A stretch of 58,943 nucleotides of DNA, filler included, from Stramenopiles sp. TOSAG23-3 (Eukaryota): the NCBI GenBank assembly GCA_900128585.1. It is 5 parts of 5 records of this genome, joined end to end, with 100 filler letters (N's around TTAATTAATTAA, not from the genome) between each part and the next. Parts side by side here need not be neighbours in the genome. Positions count along the whole stretch, not along the records: positions 1 to 26,223 come from LT642276.1; 4 more parts are not named here. One strand, 5' to 3'. Shown here in pieces: positions 10,601 through 23,106 of the stretch. Within the stretch, counting starts at the first letter, position 1. The number at the start of each line of letters is the position of its first letter. A program made the position numbers and the translations under genes. The notes below the pieces were generated by a model. It ran no database searches. It was not told the DNA's origin and was given only the letters and a program-made list of their open reading frames with translations.

Positions 10601-13600
10601 TTAACGTTTTCCACCCTTTGCCCGGGCCTTCACATCTTCACGGTTTTTTTGATGTTCTACTTCTTGTTCCAGGGCCCGGATTTGGCGCTTCTCCATATAT
10701 CCTTCTGGCATGTCAAACGTTGATACGCCAGTTTCCTTGTTGTAATAGTATGTGTTGCCACTTGGGTCTGTCTTTGATTTCCACTTCAAACGCAGATCTT
10801 TCCCTATCCTTAGTCTTCGGACATTATCAGGCTCTTTCAAAGACTCTTCGACGTGTTGCTCCTCCGCAAGCAACCGTTCTTCCTCTAGTTCTTCTTCGGT
10901 CTTTTCTTTTACCCACTCGGTGTTTTCCTTTAGTTTTGCCATAGCAGATGCATGCGCTTTCGCTGCCAAGCCAGCACCAGCCTTTCCAACAACACTGAAA
11001 CCACTTTTTGCAACTTCCAGCATTTTGTCTTTGCGGGTCTTTTCAGGACCGTCCAACCCATTCTTTTTCCACTCAGGGGGCCACATTTGATTGCACTCTA
11101 CGGCATAGCTGGAGTGAATCTTTACGGTAAACGGACCCTCGTCCTTATCTTTGTACGCTGCACAAAGTATTGTGTAGTGCCCCGGGTCCAAAGTACAGTA
11201 GACCGTTTGCTCCCTGTGATCATTGGGATCACCTGTGTGGGCAACGATATACTCCATTGGCAAAGAAAACACGCGTACGCTTTTATCCATCATCCTGCCA
11301 TTTTCATCTGGGGGCCTCACGATATATAGGGCACATTCAATAGTTTCACCGACGGCCATGCCATCGTCTGTTTGGGAAAGGGTGATACACAAGTCTGTCG
11401 GGCGAGGTACAAACAAAGCCCATTGAGGATTGTTTTCGACCTTACATTCTTTGTTGTGCTTGCTTGGAAGACCGGCGTCAGTCTCTTCTTTTTCCCTCCA
11501 CCAATCAGTGACTTGCTGATATTGCCATTTCTCGGGATCATAATATCTCCCAACATAAAGGGTTTTAAAGTTTGCGCAAAAGTCATCAAATGACATAAAG
11601 AAACAGCCGTCTTCTTCATCGTCGGACCAGCCTAGTTTGGCTTTCATACGTCTATTCCACAGTGGCGAGTCATCTCCCCAGTCCCCCTTCCATTCTCCAT
11701 GGTCCCCAGGTGGGTTCCGTAGCTGCAGCAACCTGAGACCATCAAACTCCAAAACTCTCAGGACAACGTAGCAAGCACCAAACACAAGACCCGAGTCTAG
11801 CACTTCCCGGTCGGCAGCATCGCCGCTCACTGTGCTTGCCCCCAAGAGGTATCTATTGAGTTTGTACCGCATTAATTTTGTCCAAAACAACTGCTTATTG
11901 CTACCGCGAGAAGATTGAGTTATTGAAATTGCTTCCGACTCCCCACCTGTTAAATCTTGCAGCGCAAAGTGAACAAAGCCCGTTTCCAGTGCTGCATACG
12001 TTCCGTAGTACTTTGCCATAGCCTTTTCTAATACGGCGACCCAGATCTCTTCCATGTCGGTTGAATGCGCAAAAGCAGCCCCCCCTGATTTGGAATCCTT
12101 GTACTTATCCTCGAGCACAGGAAAATAATCATCTACTATAACTGCCTCCCATTGACCATTTTTGAAAAGACGAACTGCGTATGCACCATTCTGGGTCGTT
12201 TTGGTCCCATCTTCGTGAACCATAAAAATATTTTTCAAGAGTGGGTCGACATCATCATCCCCCATTCCACCGGATGCCGCCAAGATTTGTATGGCGCTTA
12301 GGAGCCACCCGTTGTGTAAAATCCCTTGGTGAACATCCTCCGGATCTGTTCCTCCCTCGAACAGTTTGGCATCGGCGTTTATGCCCGCCGCCGCTCGCCA
12401 CCCTTTAATGTAGCTGCGGCCCTCAAAATAGCCAATAGAGTCGTCCGTCTGAGGAAATTCAGGATCAACCCATTGCCTGGTTCGACCGTACAATCCCTGA
12501 ATAAGCCTGCCCCGTTTTCCTTCGGATATCTCCTGAAGCATTTCTCGTGCATTAAGAACATCCTCAGGAACCCCTTCTGGATTTTCTACGCCGGCCTGCA
12601 TCCTTGCAACCCGCCGCCGCTGAAATTCTTCCAGCCTTTGTTGCCCCTTCCCCCAATCATAGTGTTCTCGCAGTCTTTGGGCAGCTTCCTCTTCTTCCGC
12701 ATGGGCGTGGTCCTCCATATCTTTGATCAAATCCCTATTTTCCAGCTCAGCTGTGAATCGTTCTTTCAACTGCATAAAACGCTCGTTTTGTTCTGGGGTC
12801 AGCCGCACAAGCCAATTGGCAACTAGCCCAACATCTATCGTAGCAAAACTGTTCGACCGGAAAATGTCAGGCGGTGGCTTGACACCATTGGCCAATAATT
12901 TAAACCTGTTTTCGCGCAAGAACATCTGAAACAGAGTACTTTCTTTCTCTATTCGCGAGTTTGCAGCAACAACGACGAGCAATTGGAAATGTATCAGCAT
13001 TCTTATTTCTTCTTCGTATTCTTTGTTCAACTGCATGTCCAGTTCTTGCATCTGCCCAAACATTTTTATGTGATCTCTCAACGGACCCAATTGCTCTTCC
13101 ACCTTTGGGACCAGCTCGTCCGTTTCCTGTTCTTCAATCACTTCTTCTTCCTCTTCCTCCTCCTCTTCACTCTCTTCATCACTATCTTCTTCGCCATCTT
13201 CGCTCTTCTTTTTCTTTGCTTTCTTCTTCGGCTTTTTGTATTTATCTTTCGCCCGTTTTTTCTTCGGACTTCTGGTACAAAACAGTTTATGTATCTTACC
13301 GAGGCAACAGAATAATCCTAACGGCCCAGAACCGGTCCGAAAACAGTCTTGAAACGCCGACATATCATCAAAGAGGGCATCAAATCGCCGCTTGCCGGCA
13401 AAATAGTCATCATAGTTTTCATACCCCATTGCAAGGACCAAACCATCAAGGCTTTCGGCGGCTTTGAGGGCCTGTGAGCGTCCCGGCTCTTCTATGCTAG
13501 TTTCTTCGGCCTCCTGTTTCGCGTATCTGTTAAGCATGCGTTTCTCTTCCCGCTCACGCTGGTCAACTTTTTGCCATTTTCGACTGATTGGGTTTAGCAT

Positions 13601-16600
13601 GGACCGTCTTAATTCAAAATATTTGCAGGCTTCGGAGCCAGAAAATTCCAACAAATTTTGGTCGACGCATTTCGTAGCTTTTCCCATCAGTTGTGGTGTT
13701 AGTGAAACCAGATGCATTGTGACCGCAGCAAAGACTAAAAGCATAATTGACGTAATAGCAACCCCTAGCCCCAGAGGATTCACAAACATTATACAAAATA
13801 TTCCCCATATCAGCGTAAGGGTAAAACCATGGTACATTGTCAGCCCAATGGCTGTTTCTTCGCGGATATTGTTCCTCCCGGGATGGTAGGTGTATATCGG
13901 AAACACGCAGTGCGCCACGTACATCGGGTTTACCGCAGGCCTGGCAAAGTGCCACCCTATTACTTCAGAGAACAAAATTGTCAGAAAGCATATGAAACCT
14001 AAGGACATAAAAAACACCAATTCTGTTGGCGTCCCAAAAAACACGGCAATAGCAAAAGAGAGCACCCCAACCCCCTGCAACGAACTATTTACGTACAACT
14101 TTACTTTTGGGGGTAAATAGTTGTCATTCTTGGACCATATACGAATCAGTAAAAGGCTGACTGAAGCAAGCAACAATAGCATGGTAGATATAATACCGGG
14201 GTATATTCCTATCCAAGCGTAAACAATAAAATTCAAGATGCTAAGCATGAAAAAACTAAATGGCAAAAATCTTCGAACCAGTTTTCCATCGTGCCACTTA
14301 TCGTCCCGCCATTTGTAAATTGTTGCACCAGTAAGCATCAGAATCGGATAGTACACCACTGTGCAAACCGTCGTTAGTGCAGCGTTTGAGTTAGTGTCGA
14401 ACTGCAAAATAGCCGACCAGAAGAAAAAGCCGCCCCCATAGAGGCAGATAATCGCGAAGACCAGAGAGAATATCATGTCCCAAGTCCACTTGAAAATGTT
14501 GAAGTACTTTATGATAGGGTACCAGCTGGACATAGACAAGTAGCACAACCCCCATAGCGCATATCCAGCTACCGCATCTTGGGATGGCAGCGTGACAAGC
14601 ATAATGAAGCCAAGAAGAAATATTGCGAACACGAACAGGAGTAAGTTGGCTACTATTTTGTAATCATTCGGGGCCAGTTTACCTTTAATCAGTGCCTCAA
14701 AACTTAACATATCTCTCGGATCTATTGTCTTTCTATCCACAAGTTGCCATTGGTCTCGAAGCTTCATTCTGCCTTTGCTCATCACGTCAGTCGCTGTGCC
14801 ATGTCTCTGTTGATCAGACTTCTCTTGACCTGAAGGCGAATTCATGTTGGCAGAAAAGCCGCCTCGCATGGGCAACGAGGGCATTTTGATGCTCCCGCCG
14901 AGTCCACCCAGGAAGCCGTCGTTTCCACCATCATCCGTTTTCTGGAGGGGTGGGAGAGCAAACCCAGTAAAAGCGGAGCTTTTCCCTTCCAAATCGTCCT
15001 TGTCTTCCTCTTCATCACCCGATTCTGCATCCGGATCTATTTCCACTCGCCTTTCGGGATCTGTGAGGGAGGGCAAGAACTCATAATCGTTTTCTTTCCA
15101 CACACTAAGCAGATTTATTCCCAAGACTATAATGATTGGCATGAATAGGGTAAGCTCCAAAAACAGCTGCGACGACGTTAGGGCAAACATCAATATTCCT
15201 AGCATTTGCAACCAAAAGTACGAGGCCGCCGCCAAACATTCCGGTACTTTAAGGGCTTGATTAAAGAAGTACAAGTCGGAGACAAACAACCCCTGGTTTC
15301 GCAAGTTGTACGCTCTTGTCGTGGTAATGACAAGGGCGTACTCGACTACAACGAAAAATGCCAGCAGTCCGAATACCCAAACAGGCCAAGCTTGCGTGAG
15401 AATAAGCAATTTTGGCATTTGGTCTTCTGGGATTAGAAAGATCGAGGCAATCAGCAAAATAAGAAACTCAAAAGACAGTATCCCCAGAACAAACTCGGGT
15501 GATGCCGCAAGGTCTAAGTTCTTTTCTTTGTCCACCCGACCAAAAAACGCAATTGCCCCGATTTCGTACTTTGACATCAATTTCATTCTATAGTTTACTA
15601 TGTCTACGCCCAGTGCTATCCCAAGAATAAAGTACGCGCCAGCGCACCCAACGAGCCAGTACTCTCCGCTAAACACAACCAGCGAAGCGCGAACCAAGAC
15701 CAACAGCAGGACGGTGTAACCAGGGCCCCAATTGCATTTACCTCGAAAGCGTAGCCAAAAGCAAGAGTCTAGAGTCATCACAGTTAGGGATATACCAAAA
15801 CTTTGATCCGCAAACCTTTTCTGTCCAATGGTTTGCATGATTGTGATATAAATACAAAGCACGAGAACAGCAAGAAAGTACAGGTTTTGGGACTTTTTAA
15901 CTCTCTTGCGTCTTGAGGACACCATTCCCGTAGCTAAGGGATCGGAGTGCGAGAAGGCACCGTTTACCGAATCGATAGTGTAATCTGCACCAAGGTAACT
16001 CGCCATAGTAGGCTCCTTTTCCACCGGTAGGTCGCTAGCCCCCCCGGTCATAGCAGACTTCATGACCCTCAGCTTCAAACCAACCGTGCCAATCTTTTTT
16101 AGCTTATCCTTGGCGCGGGACAACTTTTTATTTTTTGATGCAATAGCAGCCATGCTTTTAAAAGATTTTGCAAGCTCTGCATCGTTCAAAAATGTAATTG
16201 CCATCATTGGTAGCATGTTAATGGTTAAAGTCACACAGGTGACCGAAAATGTATCCACTGGCATGCCTTTTATGAGGTATGCAGGGTCGATAATGGGGGA
16301 AATCACTAAATATACCAGCAACATTAAGAACGAGAGTTGGAACATGAACAGAACGTCCTTTGACAGGCGCCAGCCGAGTATATCCCACTTGTGTGTGGCA
16401 ATCCACATGATAAAACATGGGTAGCCCACGAAGATCAGCGCAAAGCCCACCGCTGGCGGCTGCACGCGAGACGCACATACGGCACCGAAGCAGAACAAAA
16501 TCAAGAACGGGACGCTGATTATGATGTACACAATTCGGGTGGCGTAATACAAGTTTCGCCTGAACGAAGTGTTTTTGGGATCATCAATTGGCCCATCTCC

Positions 16601-18150
16601 GTCGACAGTAAATGACAGGAAAAGGCCTTGCAACAAATTGGGTTTTTTACCTTCAGGTGTTTTCATGGCTTCCAAAAGAAAACACTCGATTCGATCTAGC
16701 CGAAATTGCATTTTTATCAGAAAGTTTGCGACCAACCAAGCGTAAAAAAAATTGGCAAAACCGTATTCCATTAGCAATTGAAAAAATGTCTCACGATCAA
16801 ATTCTTTCGACAGATCTCTCACGACATCTCCTGGGTACGAAATGGGCACCGTGACAACAATGTAGTGAACTTCCTACCTCCGAAATCCATGCGGTACGGA
16901 AATTTAATGGGGTTCACGGCGGTTGGGTCTATCTTTAGTATCTTCCTAAACCCATATCGTTTTGCCTGAGGCCCATTTATGTTCATTTGAAGCCGTAGTC
17001 CTGGGATGTACTCGAACCCATACTCTTCCATCCATTCCAGCGGCCTCACTTTTCCAGGCAAGTGGTTAAACCGATCTTCCGCCTGCCGAAAAACGTAAAT
17101 GGTACATTCCGAATTGATAGTGACGTCCATATACGATCTTAGCGTGTTGCGTACTGCTTTTTGGTTTTTGAACGTTTGCAGTATAACCCCACCTTTCGCA
17201 AGCTTAAACTCTGGGTAATTGTTATCTATGCGAACGCTGTCGTCGAAGTACGGCCTGGAAAACACCCCAAGGACATCCTTGTTGTTTATCATCGCCGTGG
17301 TTCGTGATTTGGCAGGCTCTGACCCCCCGGCATTAGTATCAAAATTCATTAATATGTCATTGATTTTGATATCCAAAGGTAACAAATCCATCCTTATGTG
17401 CAAGCAGATGGCGTCCGCACCATCGCAGTAGTCTGCCGGCTGCTCTGGAACAAGCGGCACCCACGCTGCTTCGGAGCATTTAGGGGTTCGCTTGATAAAC
17501 GTCTGAGCTTGAACGTTGGCGGCTTTGGTGTCTTGCCCTGAGCAAGCAAACACGTAGTCAGTAACGTTTGCGATCAAATCATCTTCCCACTCAAGGCCAG
17601 TGTCTTCGTCAAACACCTCTATTTGCACCTCTAGGCCACTCTGCTGCCAGCCAAAGGACAGTGGAAACCCTTCTCCCGGCCACGTTGGGTTCAAAGAGTT
17701 TGCGACCCCTGCACTAGTTCTGGTAGTACCGTTGATCGTGACCCGGACAAGCGGATCAGTCACCTCTGATAGAGGCAACATGTCTAAGTTTGGGAGGTTT
17801 TTAGCCCCTACTATGTATAAAGTGAGATTGCCACCTCTGAATTCTGAAGCCCTATCTATAGTACCTTTGCAGCTGCCGCCAGAGCACGAGTGGACAGATT
17901 TTGGTATTGGTTGTTTGCAGCCTTCGCCTTTGAACCCGACGGGAAGCCCGTCCCCAAATTCAGTAGCCGCGTTTGCCTCTGTTGAACAGAAACATGCGCC
18001 TACCAAAGCACTTTGTGAGGCGAGCTTGCATTTCCCTTGCGATGGGTAGAAGGGAGAACACTCGACATCCTCGCGGCACGTTTGTGAGTCGACGCTCACG
18101 CACGCGAAGACGGACAAGACCAGAAAAAGTCCTAAAGCTGACGACCTCAT
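10601..18150 (-). CDS. Membrane-anchored calpain-like protein: signal peptide, EGF-like, C2, ~20 TM helices, CysPc, calpain domain III, WW. Joined model 18150-16878 + 16830-10601, ~2500 aa
   Basis: ORF 16819-18150 has a signal peptide, an EGF-like Cys pattern and C2 (AKNLPNLD..TDPLVRV..NSLNPTW..IEVFDED). ORF 10601-16849 has many TM segments, WVDPEFP, the calpain core (AVIVDDYFP, WVAVLEKAMAKYYGTY, LRNPPG..EWKGDWGD) and a C-terminal WW. The ORFs overlap by 31 nt, and the second begins at a GTG shortly after an in-frame TAG. Confidence 0.75.
16831..16877 (-). other. Candidate 47-nt GT-AG intron joining the C2 and TM-calpain ORFs
   Basis: Minus strand reads GGAG|GTAGGAAG...TACCCAG|GAGAT. Removing 47 nt (3n+2) gives ...DFGG-DVVRDLSKE in the calpain frame. 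An indel or assembly error is an alternative explanation. Confidence 0.4.
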
Positions 18151-19382
18151 TCAAAAGCTACACAAAAGAACGCCGTCCCTAAATCTACTTGAACTTCCAA
18201 CTATTCTATGAGCTTAATCGGACAACAATGGTTAAAGAGACGAGCGCGGCTTTCCTACTTTCTTTCTAAATTATGAACCCCAAACCGTGAACCAAAAAAA
18301 AGCAAGGAACAATCCCTGCCACCACTTTTCCCCCTTTTTTCTTCCCTTTTTTGTTGTGTTTAACACAGGAGCACAGTGCATGTTATTGAAATTCAGCCGC
18401 TCCACAAAAATCATGAAAATAGCAGTTATTATGATCTACACAGCACGGCAATAGAAAGAAGAAAACAATTAATATCAATACTTGCACCAATACTGTGCTG
18501 TACAGAAGCAGTTCTCATACTTTTACTATAAAAATTAACTACGGATGACTGTTAAAATTACAGAACCCAATTTAAATAAATCAAGGGTGGTAACTGGTGG
18601 TATTTATTATAAATTGCTAGAACGACTAAAATAATCCATGATTCGTTGGGAACCTAGCTGTTGGAACCTCATATGTTGTAATAATGTAATATAATATTAG
18701 TCTAGCTATAAATAATAAAATGCCATATTATATTATAATAGACCGACTACTGTATCAATCAATTGACTTCCTGATGAAATACGAGGAGTAGACAACAACA
18801 ATCTAAAAAATATCTGAAGTGAAGTCTGAAGTCTGAAGTAGAGTAAGTGTATTAGTAGGCAGGCGACGAACGGCAAGAAGCAGTGCCAAAACAAAAAGTG
18901 CCAAAGAAGTGGTTCAAAATAACGGTGATTTATCATACTATCAAATTATATTAAACAATACAAAACATAATTAACAAACATGAAATTTATTATTATATAG
19001 GATATATAAATATAATAATATACTATAACTATATATATATAGAAACATCAAATTTTTATTATCCGTTTCGATGGTTGTTGTTGGCGAATAGGTCTTTGTT
19101 GCTGCGGTGGCGACGATGATGATGATGAAAAAAAATAATGATGCCGACCAACTCCCCCACGCGCATTTTTTCCCTTCATTCCATGAAATATTAAAAAAAG
19201 AAGAAGCAATGTATTACATCTATTTCTACAGAGAACGTTGCATTAAACAGAGAATTAAAGGCCGAGACGAAGTAGGATTGTCGACAATAAAGATTTTGAA
19301 CCTTCAATAGGTGCATTCTCATTCCTTAGGAAACGTATATATATATACAGTACACTAACGTTTCCGGTAGGCCACGAACAGA

Positions 19383-22100
19383 ATGTCGTTCAAACAGTTG
19401 CGTAGTATGGTGTCTTTTGGGAAGAAGAAAAAGAAAGCGAAAACGGTGAAGTCAATAGCGGACGTGAGTATAGATCACCACAAACAAAAGAAGGGCAATA
19501 TTTTTTCGCGTACGCTGACCAATTTGAAGGAGAAAGCAACGCACATTGGGCACCACGAGCAGGGAGACGACATACACCACATACACAAAGAGAAGAAGCA
19601 CCACTCTTTGCTGGAGACTCTTACACCGGGGTTTCAACGGGTAAAGGCAGCGCTACACATACAGGACTCGGAAAAGAAGAAGAGGAGAAGGAATTCAAAC
19701 TACAAAGTAGCATCACCTTCCCCAGCCCGACTGCGCCGGAGTGGCGACGAAGACGGACCAGACTCAAAGAATAGGCCAGAAATTAAGGGCCGTTACGAAC
19801 AGGCGTTGAAGACTAACCCAGACGATCTGGAGGCCTTGGAGCACCTTGGGGTGTTCTTGGTGGGCACGGGTGACGACCATAAATCGATAGAAATATTAGA
19901 GAAAGCAATCAATTTGGGATCAAAGAGCATTTTGGTGCTAAAAGGGTTGGGGGATGCAAATTTTATTATTTGGAAAAGGGACTCGATAGACAATGAAAAG
20001 CATTTGGTAGAGGCGTACAAGGCGTACGAGAAATGTTGCAGGGAGATGGCAAAAACCAAGAACGTAGACGAGAAGTTGCAGGCGGATGTTTTGTTCGGGC
20101 TCGCCCAGGTTTATTTTTTTTACGGTACGTACGAAGGGGCGCTGAAGCTATTGTCAAATATAATGATGGACCTACCATTGTACGATAAAATGGGCGAAAC
20201 CATGTTGTTGAATGCTGCATGTTTGTGGCGCTTGGGATTGTACGAAGAGAGCATCAAGTACTGGGAGCACATTATGAACGATTCGCCGGACCCATACAAG
20301 GCCCGTCACATAGTGTTTGTCATCGGGAGAATGTACTCCAAGCTCGGGCGTCAGACGGACGCAAGCATGGCATACACGGAAACATTTGCCGAGATGAGGA
20401 AGAAAAATTTCATCCCATTCCATATTCAAACGGCAAGAGCATTTGTAAACACGCCCGACACGTGGGTGGACATGGCCAAGTTGCACATGGAGCGCGGGTT
20501 TTGGGAGCAAGCCGTAGACATGCTCCTTGAGGGGAGCGACAAAGCGAGGGACATCGATGCCCAATTCGGCGTTGAAGATTATGACCGAGAAAAGCTGAAA
20601 ATTCTGCACAGCTGCTTGTTCAAGTGCTACCGCCACATTGGAAACCACACCAAGGCACTGAAATCGCTCGAGGACGCCCACGCCGCCCAGCCGTACGACC
20701 ACGAAGTCCGGGCACTCCTGCTGGTGCATACTACGGACCCCGAGCAGCGCGAGAAGTGGCGCCACTATTTCGACGTGGAAGAACGCTTCAGTATAAAAAT
20801 GCAGAAAGTGTTTCGGGGCAATAGGGGAAGAGCGTTTGCTCGCAGAAAGCGCAAGTTTGAAGACGAGACGGTCCTTAAGATTCAGCGGCGCTTTCGGGGC
20901 AATCGGGCCAGGAGGCGATTCATGAAGACGTGGAAGGTGCTGAAAGCTCGCCACGAAAGGCAACTGCGCAAGCGAGCAGCCGCTATAGTGACGGCCCAGT
21001 CGGTGCTAAGAATGTGCTACTATCGCATGTCGTACGTGAAGAGCCGCAATGCTATAATAAGCATCCAGTCTGCATGGCGGGGGATGGCTGGCCGCCTCAA
21101 AGCGATGAGAACCCGCGCCATTAAGATGGATCTGATCAACCGAAATCGCCGGCGCATGGCAATAATAATTCAGAGTGCATTCCGAGGCTACCGCCTTCGA
21201 CTCGCACTGCACAAGCAGTGGGCTGCCATAGACATACAGGCGGCCGTGAGAGGGTTTTTGACGAGGCAGAAAATGCTGCTTGCCGACATAGAGCCGGCGC
21301 TGGCACCCATGGGAAAGAGCGGGTTTCCGAAGGGGACCCCGGGGCACTACCGCCACTGGATGAAGCGGCTGGAGCAGTCCGAGCACTTGTTCGCCGATCG
21401 GCTGGAAATGCGCATGAAAATCGGACTGATTCAAAGGGCCCACCCGTCTCTTAGCGCAGAGGCTGCCTTTTGCGCCATGGCAGAGACAGCAGGGGATATT
21501 GATTATGCAATCGAACTTGTCGACACTGACCCGTCCTTTGCGGACGATCTGTACGACATTTGTGCATCCGTAAATGTGTCCCAGTACATCGAGCTGCGCC
21601 CCGCCCCGGTCAAAGGTCCAATGTCTGCACTCCGGGCTCGAAGGACCTTGTCGCGCCGCTGGATGACAGCGCTGCAGTCGGGTTCGGGAAACACTGCCAA
21701 AAAAGTGAAAGACATTGCTTTTGAAGAGGACGAAGAGAGGCAGCGGTTTCTGTCTGAGCAAGGTCGGTACGCAGAGAAGGGAAGCACTCTGTCATGGCAG
21801 AGTGAGCGTTACACTGCCCCAGAGTCCCGCAGCCGCCGCGGACAGTCTACGAAAGAGTCGCGTAGCATAGAGAACCAGCTTCGCGCGATACTGACGCCGG
21901 AGCGCACAAGATGTTTTCAGGCGGGTTCGTCCCAAAAAGTTTTGGAACAATCATCGGATGGCACTTTCCCGACAAGACGACTGTTCCCCTACGTCGACTG
22001 GACAAGGAATCGGTACGAAGAACGACTGCTGGACGTTGCAACTGAAATAACAGGGGAGCCTGGCAAAACCTATTCTAAAGTTGGACGGTCCAGGCGATGA
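19383..22100 (+). CDS. TPR and IQ-motif (calmodulin-binding) protein with UBA/CUE-like segment
   Basis: TPR-like helices (YEQALKTNPDDLEALEHLG..), about six IQ motifs (IQRRFRGNRAR, IQSAWRGMAGR, IQSAFRGYRLR, IQAAVRGFLTR), and HPSLSAEAAFCAMAETAGDIDYAIELV, which resembles UBA/CUE. Confidence 0.85.
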   Translation: MSFKQLRSMVSFGKKKKKAKTVKSIADVSIDHHKQKKGNIFSRTLTNLKEKATHIGHHEQGDDIHHIHKEKKHHSLLETLTPGFQRVKAALHIQDSEKKKRRRNSNYKVASPSPARLRRSGDEDGPDSKNRPEIKGRYEQALKTNPDDLEALEHLGVFLVGTGDDHKSIEILEKAINLGSKSILVLKGLGDANFIIWKRDSIDNEKHLVEAYKAYEKCCREMAKTKNVDEKLQADVLFGLAQVYFFYGTYEGALKLLSNIMMDLPLYDKMGETMLLNAACLWRLGLYEESIKYWEHIMNDSPDPYKARHIVFVIGRMYSKLGRQTDASMAYTETFAEMRKKNFIPFHIQTARAFVNTPDTWVDMAKLHMERGFWEQAVDMLLEGSDKARDIDAQFGVEDYDREKLKILHSCLFKCYRHIGNHTKALKSLEDAHAAQPYDHEVRALLLVHTTDPEQREKWRHYFDVEERFSIKMQKVFRGNRGRAFARRKRKFEDETVLKIQRRFRGNRARRRFMKTWKVLKARHERQLRKRAAAIVTAQSVLRMCYYRMSYVKSRNAIISIQSAWRGMAGRLKAMRTRAIKMDLINRNRRRMAIIIQSAFRGYRLRLALHKQWAAIDIQAAVRGFLTRQKMLLADIEPALAPMGKSGFPKGTPGHYRHWMKRLEQSEHLFADRLEMRMKIGLIQRAHPSLSAEAAFCAMAETAGDIDYAIELVDTDPSFADDLYDICASVNVSQYIELRPAPVKGPMSALRARRTLSRRWMTALQSGSGNTAKKVKDIAFEEDEERQRFLSEQGRYAEKGSTLSWQSERYTAPESRSRRGQSTKESRSIENQLRAILTPERTRCFQAGSSQKVLEQSSDGTFPTRRLFPYVDWTRNRYEERLLDVATEITGEPGKTYSKVGRSRR

Positions 22101-22453
22101 AAAATAATTCAATTTTTTTTGAGTATACTACACAGTTGTACTTGTATCTAAAATATTCCAATGATCATTTATTAATTTAGATCCCCGAAGTCGTCCGTGG
22201 TTGCTGCTGGCGGCAGCAGAAGAAGACGACGAAGAACTTGTGTGTGGTGTTCGTTGTGCGTGGTGTTCGTTGTGCGTGGTGAGTTTAATGTAAATTAATG
22301 AAGATACTAAAACAAAAATGTGTTTACAATAAAATATGTAGGGAAAAAAAAGTGAATGTAAGACACTGGTGAGCACTATTGCAATAACCTAGGTTCATCT
22401 CTGTTGACCAAGGCTTAATTTGCATTTGGGGTAATATTACCTACGGTGAAAAG

Positions 22454-22942
22454 ATGTTGTGCCATCAGTTAAGGTTGGGACTAGAACGTAGCGCTCGTCA
22501 GTCTAGTTTTAACCAAGTTAGGACCTTTGCCCGTCAGAGTAGACGGGGCAACAGACGGCACCAATTGGTCCCAAAAGAGGCACCTCGGCAGAATCGGGAT
22601 GGTGGTGGGCGTCGTTCTGGACTGTTGTTCAAGGCTGTAGGTGTGCTTGGCTTTTGTTTTACTGGAACGATGTATATGTATTTTGTTCTTTCAGTGGGGA
22701 AAAGAGAACGGACTGACCCAGGCGACTGGGACGATATGCCCTCAAACAACCGGTCCACGCCGTCAGAAAACTACGGGGGAGCTAGAGAGGACGACCCTTG
22801 GAGTTCACAACCAGAGTTGAACAGAAAACAGGAGGGGAACTTAGAAGATAGGAACGATCCAGTGTGGGGATCGTCCTCCTCGTCCGACGACAGCTGGTCC
22901 GAAGGGAGCGTTCGTAATGGCGGGGATGGAAAGTGGGCCTGA
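22454..22942 (+). CDS. Small single-TM protein, probably mitochondrion-targeted
   Basis: 162-aa ATG ORF with an Arg-rich N-terminus containing QVRTFA (presequence-like), one hydrophobic segment and an acidic, Trp-containing disordered tail. Confidence 0.6.
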   Translation: MLCHQLRLGLERSARQSSFNQVRTFARQSRRGNRRHQLVPKEAPRQNRDGGGRRSGLLFKAVGVLGFCFTGTMYMYFVLSVGKRERTDPGDWDDMPSNNRSTPSENYGGAREDDPWSSQPELNRKQEGNLEDRNDPVWGSSSSSDDSWSEGSVRNGGDGKWA

Positions 22943-23106
22943 AGACTTTTACTCAGGATAAATCCGACAGTGTTACGTGCACTTTTCATTTTCCTTTTTG
23001 CGAAAATGCTTGTATACATATTAGATAGATAAATATCACGCGCTTTAAAAGTGGGTGTTCAACCTGCAGCACAGCCTCCCTGACAAAAATGTTCGACTCT
23101 TTCTTT

